A stretch of DNA of 64,000 bases, from contig NW_026918429.1 of the NCBI RefSeq assembly GCF_032062105.1, forward strand, positions 372,001-436,000, given 5' to 3'. The stretch is from Saccostrea cucullata. Taxonomy: Eukaryota. Both the position numbers and the translations under genes were made by a program. Shown piece by piece: positions 1 through 14,867 of this stretch (positions are counted from its first letter, which is position 1; each line of letters opens with the position of its first letter). The notes beneath the pieces are model-generated. The model made no database searches. It saw only the letters and a list, made by a program, of their open reading frames with translations, and was not told the DNA's origin.

Positions 1-560
1 CCACGCCCCCTTCCAAGGGGAGTAATTATGAATTTGTGAAAAATTTATGGCATTTTTTAAAAATCTTCTTCTCCAGAACCGCTGGGCCAGGAAAGATACT
101 CATGTGGAATCATTAGGTAGTGTGATTCAAGTTTGTTAAGAAAGTCAAGTTTTACATAGGGAAAAATCTTTAAAAATCTTCTTCTTAGGAAAGGAAAGAT
201 GAAACTCATGTGGAATCATTCAGGTAGTGTAGATAGTTTGTCAAATCATGGTTAAAGTTTTACATAGGAATATATAGGAAAAATCTTTAAAAATCTTCTT
301 CTCCAGTGCCACTGGGCCAGGAAAGATGAAACTCATGTGGAATCATTCATATATATTTGTTCAAATATGACCCCCGGGGCTAGGGTCAAAAATGGCCGAC
401 CCAAGTTTTACATAGGAATATATAGGAAAAATCTTTAAAAATCTTTTTCTCCAGAACCACTGGGCCAGGAAAGATGAAACTCATGTGGAATTATCCTAGG
501 TTTTAAATTTTGAATAGTGCATTATCTGTGCTATTGTAGCTCCAAGTTTTACATAGGAAT
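1..560. repeat. Degenerate satellite-like tandem array (Cg170/Helentron-associated type)
   Basis: The blocks 'aaaaatcttcttctccagaaccactgggccaggaaagatgaaactcatgtggaat' and 'aagttttacataggaatatataggaaaaatc' recur about 4 times. The array is the reverse complement of the family at 21.85-22.56 kb. Confidence 0.7.
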
Positions 561-1830
561 ATATAAACTTTAAAAACAACTTTCCTTCCATTTTTGTTGT
601 TGTATACTTCAAACTATGATTTGTGATATTTATTTTTTTTGATTCTAGTTTGTTCAAATGATGAAGGCACTAATCTTGTTTTTGTCAGTTCTGAGGCACT
701 AATCTTTACATATCCTCTAAGCTTTAACACAATATTGTTTTAGATTTTTAAACATCATGCACATCAGTCAAGATAAATAACTTAAATATTTTCTTTTTAT
801 TTGAGTGTGAAAACTTTAAATACAAATCCTATTTCAAAGAATTTTCTGTTTTTATTTGTAGCATAGCACATTATTATTTTTACGGGTAAAATAAATATGT
901 ATTTATGTGATTCTGTGCCTTCATAGACTAAAAGTCAGAGATCGTGTTTGTAGCTTTAATCAGGATTTTAAGTCCTGGACTATACTGTCAACATACCTTT
1001 GAAAATAGAATACTTCAAAGCAATCACAACCACAAGCACCTGTCAATGAAGAAGATCAAAATTTAATAAGAGATTGACCAAGCTGTGGACTATCTGTTAT
1101 TGCAAAATATTGACACTATCTAATTGAAAATGACCTCCTTTGTTTGTCAGTTTAAAAGGTATAGCATTTTTGTTTTTCTTCATTCAAATGTGTCAGAAAA
1201 ACCATGATAGATTGTGCCACCCTTTTACTTTAATGGGATAGGTTTGAAATCGTAAGTGTACATATTATTCTTGTGTTTACCCTAGGCTAATTAAGCTTAT
1301 TAGGAATGGAAATCGTTGGTGCCAAAGTTCAATGTACATCAGATTTTCAAAAACTCACCTGAATAAGCGTTTTCCTTAGAAAGGTCAGTAATACTTACAC
1401 AATAACTCATTGGTAACAAAATTGTTTTCACTCTAGATTTTCAAATCTCTTTAAAGTCTGGAAAAGCTTTTGCTGAAATTTTAAATTAAATTTTTGTTCA
1501 CGTAAGTCTCAACTAAATTGACCTTCAAGGGATATTTGTTTACTAATATAAGAAGGTAAATGTTACTACGATCTTGAACTGATTACATTCTTTGAGCGTA
1601 ATATAAAAGAGGATAAGATGGGGAGATAAGACTGGGATTGTGTGTGGGACAATGCGGTGATCCGCGGACTTAATTCCACACCGGGAGACTTGTGCCATGG
1701 ATGCATTCAATGTCAACAATAAATCATGTCTGGGAATACAATCGTACTGAGGAGGTCTACATGGGCCCTGCTTTGTGGCACTGTTGATGGAGACTTTGAC
1801 CTAATGGACCAATTTTTTTGGCTTTTTTAG

Positions 1831-4800
1831 AACAACCTCCACAGGAAAGAAGTGTAGGGGTGGGAAAGAAACACCTGTTAGAGTGGTGCCAGAAGGAATT
1901 GTCCACAGAATTTGATTCCCGTAACACACTGACATACAAGTAAGTAGAAAAAGTAAAAGAGAGGCTGGAACTGGACATATCTTTTTGATGATTATCGATT
2001 CTAGCTGATATGGATACACTTGGTAACTGCTATTGTTAAATTAATGAAGAAAAATTAATTGCATATTGCAGTTTGCAATTTTTGTGCTAATTTGCTATAT
2101 CATTTTTGTTTTTACTTCTGTCATATATTAATAAGCAACTTCAAAACAGAAGGAACAACTGGCTTTTTATCCCTTCACAATTAAGTTGGGGGATATAGAA
2201 ATGCATATGTATGTGTTAAATGGGTGAGTGAGTGCATTAAAACTTCCGTTTTGTATCAGGACAAATGTGCTCTTTTGCAAGTTAACCAGTAGCTGTGCTC
2301 TGCAGTGTCCTTCTTTCCTTGGCACTATAGAGCTATAGTGTCCCAAAATCATGATCCTTTCATTTACAATTATTTTCAGCAATCGGTTTTCAAAGTTTAT
2401 ATCCCTGTAAAATTGAAAACGTGTTCTATGTAATTCAAATCTCCCTGCTTTTTGGCATTCATGTTCTTTTGTCAAATTTCCATGCTTAATGGCAGAGTGG
2501 TTTATCAACTTCTCATATATTGCTCCAGCAGAAGAATGAATCTTTTGTGTGCAACAAAATTGATTGCATAAATACCTACTTTATGTAAAAATGAATAGAT
2601 ATTAAAATCAGAAGTGATTTTATTGGTTTATCATTAGATGAGTTCTAACTTGTTCATGTAAGAAGTTAGGTCAATCAGATTAAAGAAGGTTATATTCATC
2701 AAATTTTTGGTGTAATTTATTTATATATGTGCATTCTATAGACAAGATTTTCCAGTTTTCTTGATATTACTTAATTCAGAATGTCTTGGACATGGAAATT
2801 GTAGCTGTTTAGCTTTTGATCATGCCTGTCCATTTAAGGCATTTGGTTTATTTAAATGTTTAACTGTTTGTATTATAGTACAGGGGATTTTTCAATTTAA
2901 AGGTATTAGATGTAAATATTTTCTTGAGAGCTCTAGCTTTCCCATTATGTTTGCTTATTATTCACACTCCACTGGTACTTCAGAACTTTTATCCTTTAAA
3001 AGAGACCCTCTTTTTTCCCTAAATGTGAGCATTTAATGGGAGTTATAAGTGAAATTATGGTCTCCACATTTCTCTTTATTCTTTGTACAAGTGACAATTT
3101 CTTTATATGAAAATGTGGATTGTTAGATTTGGTTGAATAGATTCCACTGAGTTATGGCTGCTGTACAAATAGCCACACACTTACAATTTCTATCAAAACC
3201 AAATAGCAGAAGACAAAATGTGACAAAAGTAGCTAATCTGCATTTTGGTGCTTTTCCAAAACTTATAAAATTGTTTTTATAATCATAAAAATGAAATATA
3301 TTTGGCTTATAAATTTTATTCCAAAGCATTCTATTCATACTTGAGTTTTTTGACCTTCCAAAAAAATATCATCCCGATAAACTAACTCTTTTGCAAAGGA
3401 TGACAAAAATGTCAATGTATGTTCAAATTTTCAGTGAAGAAAAAGAAATTTTTCATGATGCACAGCAATCAGCATATTTTAGAAGGTTGCGCTCTACATT
3501 AAATATAGAAAAATAGCTTTTTAACTTTTTCAAATTCTGACACCTCAAATGCATTGATTTATCAAATTGCTGACATGAAGTAATATTCAATGCTGTTAAC
3601 AAAAACTGTTTTTCAAAAATGTTTAAATGTTATCTCAATTTTTTGAAAACTCAAAAAAGATTTTTAATCAAAGCCCAAACATTTTATCAAATTGCTGACA
3701 TAATAACTATTTTTGAAAAGATTGTAATTATAGCTCTCATGTGAAACTCCTTAGACATTCCTATAGTATACGTAATTTTGAAATTACAACTCAAATCAAT
3801 TACATTAACCTCAGTGTACCTTGGATAAAAAAGGGATGCAATCTTATATTTAATTTCTAAGGCACTCCAGTTAACACAAGATATATTGCTGTCTCAAACA
3901 GCAGTATACAATATTTGCCGGCTCAAAATCTTTGCAGAAACATTTAGCCTCACCTCATTCTACCGGTACTCTGTAATTTAAATCTTATGAAAATTTGAAG
4001 AATTAGATCAGGATTATGAATGGTGTTAAAACCAGCTAACTATCGTAATCTGCAGAACCTGGCAGACTTTTTATTAAGCTGAAAACTTTATTGCAGCTGA
4101 ATCATTGCAATTTTGCAAAATGATTTTATTTCCTCATAATCTTGAGGCAAATGGCCATGTAGGGGCCCGTTTCACAAAGCCTACTTAGGATAAGTTCTGT
4201 CTTAGGAAAGAACTTTTTTAGTTCATTACTTATCCGTTTCACTAACCTCGTCTTATCTTAGGATATTCCTAAGTTATGTCGTAACTTTAGGAAAGGTAAA
4301 TCGATGACTTAGGAAGAAACTACATATTGCGTTTCATATCTAAGATTTCATATGGAGAGAAGAATGTGTTTGGGGAAAGAAAATCCAATGGACTACTAAT
4401 ATATATGGATGATTGTGTTCTCTCTAGGTTAAAACTGCTTTACTTTGCACGTAATTACTAAGATTTCAATAATTGGCAAACATGTGTCATTAAGTCCAAG
4501 GTATATAAAAATGTCAGTTTACAAAACAGTCAAATGTGCACGTCTGGAATAAAATCATATGAAGAGCACGCCTTTTTAAATGAAAAATAGAACATGGCAA
4601 TTATTATACATGTGTGTTTTTATCTACATGCTAGTATTCAATTTAAAAAAGGATATTTTATATAAATGGAAACCCTTGATTACTTTAGATAAGTACATGC
4701 TTTTTGATGACCCCCAACCAAGCTCCAGATATATAATGTTTTCCCAAGAATGGCTGCATCAAGGGCGTTATTATTGAGAAGACACAAACATTACGCAGTT

Positions 4801-7800
4801 TTGTTTTCTATAGTATTCTATACATAGGAAAAATTATTATCATACCCCCTCCCGTGCTCCTCCAGTTCTTGCGACCATGAGATTACAACCATTTATGATC
4901 TCTGCTTTTAAATACAATGTATAGCTGTATAAGAGATTTCAATAATAACTTCTTTTAGTATTTTCATATCTCGTGAATTTGGATTTTTTTCTAGCATGGC
5001 ATTCTTATCTTATATATGTGAGAAAGCTTCACACAGCACGAACAAAATTTTTTTTTAAACAACATTTTATTCACTGATATATGAGATAGCCCTTACGTGA
5101 AAAGCATGTGTTCGCTACGAAGCAATCATTTTTAAATTTCATTCAATAATTTACAAGTATAAGGTAAAGTAAAAACAATACCTAGGATCGATATCTTATA
5201 AAGAGCAAAATAAAGTAAACGTATAAAACGTGGAACAATATTGCAACAAAATACAAATGCGTTCCCCGAAGGGAAGAAGGATTGAGAGGATGTGTCTGTG
5301 AATGCCTAGTTCTAGCATAGTAACTTCGCATAGTTAAAACATACTTCTGTCCAAGTTCTTTGAAAGTGTAATTCCCTCCCTTTTTGAAGCTAAAAATAAT
5401 GACATACTGAGAATTTGATGGAGCGGGGAAGTATTTTATTAGTCCTTATAAAGGCACAACTTAAAAAATGACTTAGGAAAAATTTAAGATAATTTTCAAT
5501 GAACTTCCTAAGTTATAACTTAGGCATATCTTAAGTTATGTCTTACGACATATCTTAGGAAACGTTTGTGAAACAGGCCCCAGGTATATAGGTCTAAATT
5601 TGTAGCCATCAAGTGGTGGTAGTTCAGCACAGGTGAAAAATTCTTGAAGGGATTTTGAACAACCAAACAGACATGATTTTGTGGGGAATGAGAAAAAAAA
5701 GAAATGAGAATTTTGAATTAAAATGCTAGTGACTCCAAACTCACTTTGACACATCTGTAGACTAGCATTTGAGATCTTGAAGTACATGTATATGAAATAC
5801 TGAAATTTTACTTTATAGTTGATAATAATTTTCAATTATAGCTGCTAGCAGAAAAGTAGATGTTTAGTAACATGAAAGACAGAGAAAAGCTTGGAAAAGC
5901 AAATATTTCTAATTCTGCAAAAGTTAATTTTCAGTTTAAGATTGTCTGAGAAGCATTTCAAGCCAAAGTAAATGTGCATAACACAAAAAATCAATACACT
6001 TATGTTGGCACCCACCATTGCCTGAATAAATTGTTCCTGATCAAAGCTATCTAATTTTTAAGTTAAGAGTTAGATTAGCAGGTATGGACTGTATTGCAAT
6101 CAGTGTTTGCCTTTTCCTTCAAGCAGAGGTTAATTCACAGAAAGTTTCGTGTTCATACTTGGCTATATTTCTTCCTTCTCACTAGATTTTTTTTCTCTCT
6201 TGAATTTACAGTTTGTGTACTACAGGGGATTGGTTTATTCAACTTCTGAGAAAATTTGTCAGTGAAAGTGACCTACCAGAGGTAAGCAATTTTGAATCTT
6301 TTTTTTTCTTTTATTTAAATCTCAATTTTATTACTCTGCATGTATTAACTTTTATCTACCAAGCTATTAATACTACATTTATTTTGAGACATTTTCAGGC
6401 TTCTTCTCTTAAAATTTTAAACTCTTTATAAGATGGCTCTAGTTTTTGTATTTGTTGGAGAGATGTAGATTTAATTTATTAATTTATTGGGTAAGATATA
6501 GTGTGTACCTGAACCTATCCCAGTAATGCTGAGGACTTTTATTTATCTTGCTTTAAAGCCCTTATGATAAGTGTTGACACATTATCTACATATTTGCACT
6601 TTTGATCAATATTTCAATGTTAAATATTTTGTTTGCTGTTCAAAGGAAGAATATTGATGAGGGATATTTGAATTCAGCAGGATTAGAAGTGGATCATTCA
6701 CTTTGGTCCTAAATTCAAATGGAAAGGACATGTACTTTGACATTTATATTTATTTGAGATCAGAATGAATATATACTAGCTATAAATTATTTTTGGACTC
6801 TGAGGAAGTAGTGAGCATCGAAAGGATTGTACCAATCAAAATCCATTTTACTTTAGAAAAATCACTCATTTTGGACGGCTTGACAGTTTTAAGTTTCAAA
6901 TTTAAATTCTCTAATACCTGGATATATATTAGTCTCACTCAAAATTTGAGCAAGGTTGTGTTATTCTAGTGCAAGGTGCGCAATTGTATACCCAGGTTTT
7001 TCAGAAGGTAAAAAATTGTTTAAACCATTCTTGCTGGAGAAATTGATATCAATTTATGGTATAATTAAAGGTTCTCTTAAATTACCCTGCAACTCCAGAC
7101 ACCTGACCTAAGCATTTCTATTGACAGACAGATAATGGGCAGTATTGATTTACACACAGTTAAGGTAATTGATCAACATCTTTATTTACCTGACAGGTGA
7201 GGAACAAGGAGAGAGAGTTAGTGTCTCTGTTGGAGGTGTTGGAGAAACAACAGGGCATTCGCCAGGACATCGTCAAGTAAGTGCTTCCTTAAGCCTCTCA
7301 ATATTAACCTTATCCTTGTGTAAATAAGGAGAAACAACATATCTCTTTTAATTCTGCTGGCCACTCTTTGTCCAAGTAGTGATTATTGGCAGGTAAACAT
7401 TTAATACCTTGGTACATACCTGAATGTTGGAGTACCAATGACATAAATATTACAACAGAGAAAATTCAGTTATAATCTGTGATTTATATATTTTTCATAT
7501 TGTCTAATTTTTTGGGATCAGCAATTGATGTATATGCTGGAAATTTGAAAATTATGCTGTGTAGTCATGTATCCTTGTTGAACAAAAATGCATGCAAATT
7601 TATTGTCATCAAGGGCATGTACAACCACACATTGGCCCTTTGGTTAACACACAGGTTGTGGACCACTTATGTAGAAAAATCAAATACTTGATGTTAAATT
7701 AATCAGAGTATAAACCAAATTGTTTATATAAAAGGGATATCTAAGAAGGGGTACCAACATAAAAATTAAATCTAAATCTAAAATTGTGTGAATTAATACC

Positions 7801-10800
7801 AGTAGACAAAATTTTAACCTGGGAATGCCAATGTTCTGAAAGTGCAACATAGCGTGGAAAGAATGCATGTTCTTCATATGACTTTGTTAACCTGTTGTCT
7901 GAAGATTTTTATTTCACCTGGCAAATCATTGGGTTTTAATGTACTATTTGTTAAAAAGAGAGATTATATCATCAACATGTTTTTATAGATGAATGAATAT
8001 TGATCTTTGGACAAAACCCATTCTGGTCTGGTTGTACAGTTTAAACTGTCTTGCTGAATAGTCAATATCTCTATACAAGATGGCTAGGCACTTTTTATCA
8101 TCCAGTCTTATTTATTCTTAAATCTATCTTTTTGTGCTCCTTCAATAGTGCCTTTACTTATTTTGTATGAGGGAACCCCTCAATATTCAGATCCAATCGG
8201 AACATTACCTGTGAGATATATTCTCTATACAATTTATAGACCATTATGTGTTTAACCTAACAACGGCATAAAAAAGTACTCCACCATTAAGCAAAATGTC
8301 TAAACCAGTGTGGAAAATTTATAAAAGTTAACTGAAAAGTATTGGAATTTTGACTTAAGTTGATTTTTTGGAGTGGTGTGTTTTGGTCTGCCCTTGTACT
8401 GTGTATTGAGATCATTCAATGGTTTTCTTTTTTTTCCAGTCCAACAGATGTCATTGAAAGCACCATAGATGAGCACACATTGATGATCTATATCTCTCTA
8501 CTGAAACGAAAGGTAGGATAATCACAGAGATTTTAAAACCTCATTTTATAGATGGCAGTTATTAAGTATGTGAAATCTGCTATAGTTTACCAAGTAGAGA
8601 GCCTGTAGAAATCATGGTGCCAAAGTTTATATAACACTTTCTTTTATTGTAAAACAGTGAATTATCAACTGCAGTGTAAGTAAATAAATGTTTCTGAGAA
8701 TATACATTGTATAACCAAACTTCATATATATAGAAATAATATATGCATGAGCTTTCAGTCATGTATAATTCCTATAGTAATATCATTGAAGCAAATATAA
8801 CTTGGTGAACATGTTGTGTTCATTAAATCTTAATTTCCTCCTGTGTTTATATACAGTCATAATTTTCATATCTGAATAATAATACTTAATAGCATGTGCT
8901 TTTGAATTTTTTTTTTCTTCATTTTTATTGATTTTTTCCAATGCCTTTAATAACTCTAATGCCTATAAGTTTTAGAGGTGTATCATCTTTCATCTTGTAT
9001 CAACTTCAAATTCTTGTATGCTAACATTTTACATTAGAAGTTAGTCATTTCTATGTTTAATTGAAACTTATCCTTTTCAAATTTTTTCTTTTTTAGGTTT
9101 CATTAGGCCATTTAGATTTCACAGAAGATAGAGTAGAAAGTGAAAAAGTAAATGTTTATACTTTTCTAACTGCAATTTTTTTCTTTAATTGATACCAAAA
9201 ATCTTACCGTAAGATTGAGAATGCTTATAGCTTATAAATCTAATTAATTTTCTTGCAGCAATCATCTCAGGAAGTTTCAAGTTCTGGTTCACCAGGGAGG
9301 AGAAAAAAAGCCTCACCTCTGGTCAAACATTCATCAGTGGATGATTTAGCAGACGACAATTCTGATTGGTTCTCCTCATCCAATGGTTCTGTGAAGTCTG
9401 TTGATCCTGACGTAACTCCAGAGGGGGAGAGTCTGATCATTAAAACAATTTCTGAACAAGTGTCTGAACATTTACCTCTGGAAGGAGAAGAGGACGAGGA
9501 AAGTGTGAGCGTGTTGTCTGGATCTGCCTCTATAACAACTGATAAAAAAGAAAAACTTCCTGTACAAAAATCTGAAACAGAGGATACTACTTTAAAGAAA
9601 AACACTGAGCAAAAAGAGGAGGAAACATTTCCAAAGGACAGTGCTGAACAAGACGAAGTATTACAAATAAATGTGGATGAAACTTTTTTGAAAGAAGGAC
9701 TTGAAAAAATAATACCCAAAATTGAGACAAATGTAAAGGAATCCCTTCCCATTGTGTCTAGGACTGTGAAACGTCCCAGGACAACTGAATCTATTATGGC
9801 AGATGCCAGACAAAAGTTTGAAAATAGAAAACAAGAATGGCAGAAAATGGAAGAAGCTCGTAAAACTCTTGAACAGCAGCCAGAAGGTGATAATTTTTCA
9901 ATTACGTCAAGTGATTTAGACAAATCAAGTATGAAAGAAGGTGACTCCAAATCTCAGGAGGAGATAGAGGACATAGGTGCAGAGGCAGGCTATCAAGGGA
10001 CATTTGGGACGACTCCACACTACTACTATCCTGGTATAGGTAGAGGTATGCCTATCTTCATTGTGCCTGGACAGGGAAGTAGTGCAAGTCCAGAAATGCA
10101 GTTCTTTCTTCAGGCTCTTCGACAAGCCAGGCATGAAGCTAATTTTCACGATCAGGAAACAAACAGACCAAGAGACCAGGGTCCTCAAAGTCTTCATAAT
10201 CTACTAGATTTAAATGCTGTGGATGATGTTGCACCAAATGTAGTACCAGAGGTTGATCATACCAAACAGAGAGAAACAGATAATGAAGGAAGGGGAGTGA
10301 CCTTTGCTCCAAGCGCAACATCTGCTTCTCAACCAGACAGTAGTGTTGACCTTACAAACTTACCAAAAAATAAACGTGGAATACTGGAAGTTGTGGGTGA
10401 TGGGTTTGAAACAAATCACAATATTTTGGAAATATCAAAACCACTGAGAGATAGGAAAGCAAATACTGGTGAAAGTGATGGAGAGCAGAGAACATTTCCC
10501 AGAGTTGATATTGTGGAACCTCTGAAAGAAAAGATACAAAAGGATTTGCAAGTTGGAAGGAACAGGAAAAAGGACAGGAAATCACCAGAAAGGCCAGCAG
10601 TATATAGACCACGTTCATTGACTCCTGGGTCAGGCTTAGAGGAGGAGACATACCCAAAATCCATTTTGAAGGATAGGTCATCAAGCAGATCTAAATCTCC
10701 AAGTCTAGAAAGAAGTAGTCCTGAGAGAGCATTTGGCAGGGAGAGGCTAACCAGATCTGTAGACTTCAGTCAGGAAATGTCCCCTAGAAGTAGTTTAGAA

Positions 10801-13800
10801 AGATCACCTAGAGCAAGTATAGAAAGGTCACCTCAAACAAGTTTAGAAAGGTCTCCAAGATCTAGTCTTGAGAGAGGACCAGTGAAAGGGGATAAATCTC
10901 CAAGGTCTCCTAGAGCAAAATCCCCTGCTGAAGAAACTCAGGGAGATGTGACTTCACCAGGCAGACACAGTAGGGAAACTGACCCAAACAGAAGACTAGT
11001 GAGAGTCCTGAACCGAGAATTGGAACTGTTAAAATTAAAAATGGATGTTTTAGAAAAGTCAAATCTGTCAGATGATACAGAATTAGAGGATATCGACAAA
11101 CTCACCAAACAACTTTCTGAACAAGTCCATGAGAAAATTGCAAAAAGTCCCGAAGCAAGATCACCACGAATTTCTCCTACAAGATCACCAAGATCACCAA
11201 GAAGATCATCTAGATCTCCAGATTTTACAAGAGGAAGAATGTTCAGGCAGAGAAAGGATGAAGATTCGAGTCCTGTTAGGTCTAAGTCTGAAACAAGGTT
11301 ACACTCTAGTGCTTCACCTGAGCGGTATACACCCGATTCATACACCTCACGAAGTTTGCAGGACTTATCTATCACTGAAGCACCTGATGGCAATTTAACA
11401 TTTGCTCCAACTCGAAGAGGACAGCCTATAAGTTTAGGATATTCTAGTCCAATACGGAAAGTGTCTGAAGAAATCTGGGGAATTGATTCTTCAGACAATC
11501 TTGGATATGATCCTAAAAAAGTAGAAAAATGGAAAAAGTTAGCCAACAAATCACGAATATCTGATCAAGATCTTATAGAACTGAAACAGGCTCTTGCCAC
11601 TGCCATTACAGAAAATGACATTTTACAGGCAAAGTTGAAAAACTCGAATGTTGAAATGACTGAAAAAATGGAGAAAACTAATGATGTACTAAATGACTGC
11701 AGAGCTCATCTCTCAAGATCCCAGGCAGAAAACATGGAACTGAGAACACAGCTAGAGAAAGAAAAAACAAGAAATGAAAGTACAGAGGAAAGACTTCGAG
11801 AAACTGAGAAACAGTTACAGGCAGCTAAATCCAGCATTGATGACTTGGAGGCTGAACTGGAGCAGACAAGAAACCTGCTAGCTGGCAGCTCCAAGAAAGA
11901 CATCCCTACACTTCAGTCCTTAACTGAGGAAAGGGATAACTTCAAAAACATCTTAGCAAATACACAGAGAGAAAATACAGAACTCAAAGAGGTATGGTAC
12001 CAGTTGTAATTTTGTTTTTGATGAGATATCTTATTTTATTTTTTTTTCAGTTTGCTAAATTCACTTTACAAGTAATATGTGTACAAGTATTTATATTTGT
12101 TTTTTGTAGGACTTAGCAAGGGAAAAGAAACTTACTGGAAAGCAACAGAGCATCATCAACGATCTCAAAAATATCCTTGATGATGCCAGAAAAGAAAGAA
12201 AACAATTATTTTGGGAGCTATCAAAATTTCAGAAACAAGGTCAACTATCCAAAGTTAGTGGGATCATTGGAAAATACATAGAAAATGGTCTTTACGATGA
12301 TGATGAAGAAGAAGAGGAAGAGGACTTTGAGGAGCCAATAAATGGATACTCCATCAAAAGTCAACCGAATGGATTCGCAAAAGATTCTTTTCTGACACCT
12401 AGAAGAAGAGAAATCCCTACAGATGTGAAAATGACATCAACTCCTACATACAGATCCCGCTCAGAATCAGCAGGCAGTGCTCGGCGCCTTTACGATGATT
12501 CCTTCCAGTCATCAACTCAGAAACCTAATTCTTATACATCAGGAAGATCCACTCCCATCTCTGTTGGAAGAGAAAGTGGATACGATGAAATGTCTCCACC
12601 GAATTCAGCTCGCCATGAAATTTACCCTCACAGAAGGGCACAATCTTATAAATCAAATTTCAACTCATCTGTTGGAGAAGCAGACGATGACTCAGTAGAT
12701 GATCTGGAAGTTCAAAGATATTTCATTAAACGACCAACTGGTAGATTTGACGACGATAAAGATGAACAAGATGACTTTATTCAGCGAACTCCAAAAAAAG
12801 AAATGAGGAAGAGTCCAACATTAAGGTCGAACAGTCCTAGTCGCAGCAGGAGTCCGAAAGGAAGAAGTTTTAGTGAGGAAAAAACAGCAAAAAGACATTT
12901 AGTTTATAGTCCATATTTAATGAACTCAAGTGATGCTGTCAGACCTCAGAGGTCTTACGTTATATCCCCAAGAAACACTCGATACGACAATACCAAAGAA
13001 ACTATTGAGTGTATTGTAGAATCTCCAATTGATAATCGCTACAAAGAAGAGTATCAAAGACCGAGTCGATATGACTTACATAGTCCAAACGGCGACAAAA
13101 CGTTTATGAAGGCACTGGAGTATGCAGTTCAACAAGAGAGCTGTAATCGCTACTACAATACCGATGACTACGGACCTCCATACCGGTCTTCCAGCTATGG
13201 ACCCACGCGGTCGTCTTATGGCTCATCTGTTTCACCACAACGAAATAATGCTAACATCAGAAGCATCCTCAAAAACGCTAAAAGCGAAACTAACTTAAGT
13301 ATTAAAGAAGGGATCAACAGTGCTCATCGACGATCCTATTGCTCACAGTCAGCCTCCCCAACTCGAAGTCCCGTTAGAACTCCCACGAAAGAAATCGGTT
13401 CTCATGGGTCCTCATACACATACAAACCTTATGACGGCAGCAAGACGTGTTCATCTCCCACAAAACCCATTTATTCTTCAGGGCTGAAACGGAGCGGCTC
13501 CCTTCGCACCGCCAGGGAAATTTTCGACGATGAGTTATCACCTGTTAGACCAGTAACACCAATAAGATATCAGCATCAGCCATTGTAAGTACTGAATTAA
13601 CGTTCATTTTTTTTTTCGAAAGAGGATGGGAAAGGGGGATTATGTCATATAGATGGTGCTGGAAGTTTAACGGTAAAAGGGGTTGTTATTAGTTAGAACA
13701 TGTTTTAATGCTGTAAAGTAGTAAACGTCACGTTTTGGCTGGGGTATATTCCGTAGAAATTTTATATTTTAAGGTATCAGATCGTGGATTACTAGTATTT

Positions 13801-14867
13801 GACTGTTGATATTCTGAATCCATCAGCTATATATATATTAATAATCATAAAGTTTCCTGGAATAATATAATTCATATTTCGCATGTTGCTAATTTCAGAT
13901 GATACTAGTAATTAAAGGTGAACTTGATTACTATAGATCACCGTTATTTAGTTGATATATTTGGAACATCTATCTATTCACTCCCTTTTAGTGTATTCCA
14001 TATTGTGTATCCTAAATGAAGCTTTCTTGACTGAAAAACGTTTATTTAAAAAATAAAATGGTATACAAGTTGATTTTCAAAAAACTTTTTTTATGTCAGG
14101 AAAGGTTCGATTTCACATCCATATAAACTTCTTACACAGGCACCTGACGTTGCTTATTTTTCTTTTAATGAAAAAAAATAATAAATATATACCCATACCT
14201 AATAATAAACAAGGTTTATTATTAGGTATGTGTATATTTTTTTATTAAAAGAAAAATAAGTAACGTCAGGTGCCTGTGACTTCTTAATAGGTAATTTACC
14301 TGTACATATTTCTACTAATTTTGCATGTGCTTGCGCTGCTGTGCTGTTCTATGTTTGATCGCATTTACACAGAAATTTGCATGTGTTGACTAATCACGCA
14401 GTATATTTTTTGTTACTTTAACCAACATTTCATTTGATTATAATTTTCTCACGTAAATAATGCACTCATTTAAAAATGTTTTGTTTAAGTGGTAATAATA
14501 TGATCGTACAGGGTCTAAGTATCTGAAAAGGCCAACAGGTGTAATTCTGTGTTAGATGCGCGAACCTGGAACTGCATATCCAACTCGAAAACATAATCCA
14601 AAATCATACATTTATTTGATAACTTGTCAAGGTGAAAAAATGGAAGAGCTAATTGCTATATTGTTATGGATTATGGTTTCTAAGTTCTCCCCATGTATAT
14701 TCAAGAAAACTCCCCTTGCTTTAATTTCTGTGTATCCGGGTTGACCAATATTCTCTTCTAATAGAGGAAATCCACCTTTGTTAACGGAAGAAGAGCGGAG
14801 ATATGCAGATATTCTTGTAGCAAAATACACCAAACAACATGGCTTTGGACGAACCGTGGCCATATAG
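1831..14867 (+). CDS. 5'-truncated gene for a CH-domain, Ser/Pro/Arg-rich, coiled-coil protein (>1550 aa in window). Exons: 1831-1939, 6212-6281, 7197-7276, 8440-8512, 9097-9147, 9259-11991, 12110-13584, 14765-14867
   Basis: All junctions are GT-AG and phase-compatible. The first four exons splice to GKKHLLEWCQKELSTEFDSRNTLTYNLCTTGDWFIQLLRKF...LEVLEKQQGIRQDIVNPTDVIESTIDEHTLMIYISLL, which has the LLxWCQ start and GI..P.D...DE...M.Y end of CH2-type domains. ORFs 9253-12009 and 12425-13588 join in frame. A heptad-rich segment lies at about 11570-12230. Confidence 0.75.
4163..5580. mobile_element. Non-autonomous DNA transposon (PIF/Harbinger-like), intronic
   Basis: Terminal inverted repeats (TIRs) GGGCC(C/T)GTTTCACAAA at both ends, many subterminal CTTAGGA/CTTAAG repeats, 3-bp flanks tag/cag, and no ORF. 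Confidence 0.65.
10779..10880 (+). repeat. Coding 24-bp (8-aa) repeat SPxxS(L/I)ER x4
   Basis: Translation reads SPRSSLERSPRASIERSPQTSLERSPRSSLERGP. Confidence 0.8.
14135..14278. mobile_element. 144-bp fold-back MITE with 8-bp target-site duplication (TSD; hAT-like)
   Basis: Near-perfect palindrome CACAGGCACCTGACGTT...AACGTCAGGTGCCTGTG, flanked by ACTTCTTA at 14127-14134 and 14279-14286. Confidence 0.85.

Noticed and set aside
9267-11903. Antisense ORFs 9267-9950, 10938-11549 and others
   Set aside because: Shadows of the large + strand exon.
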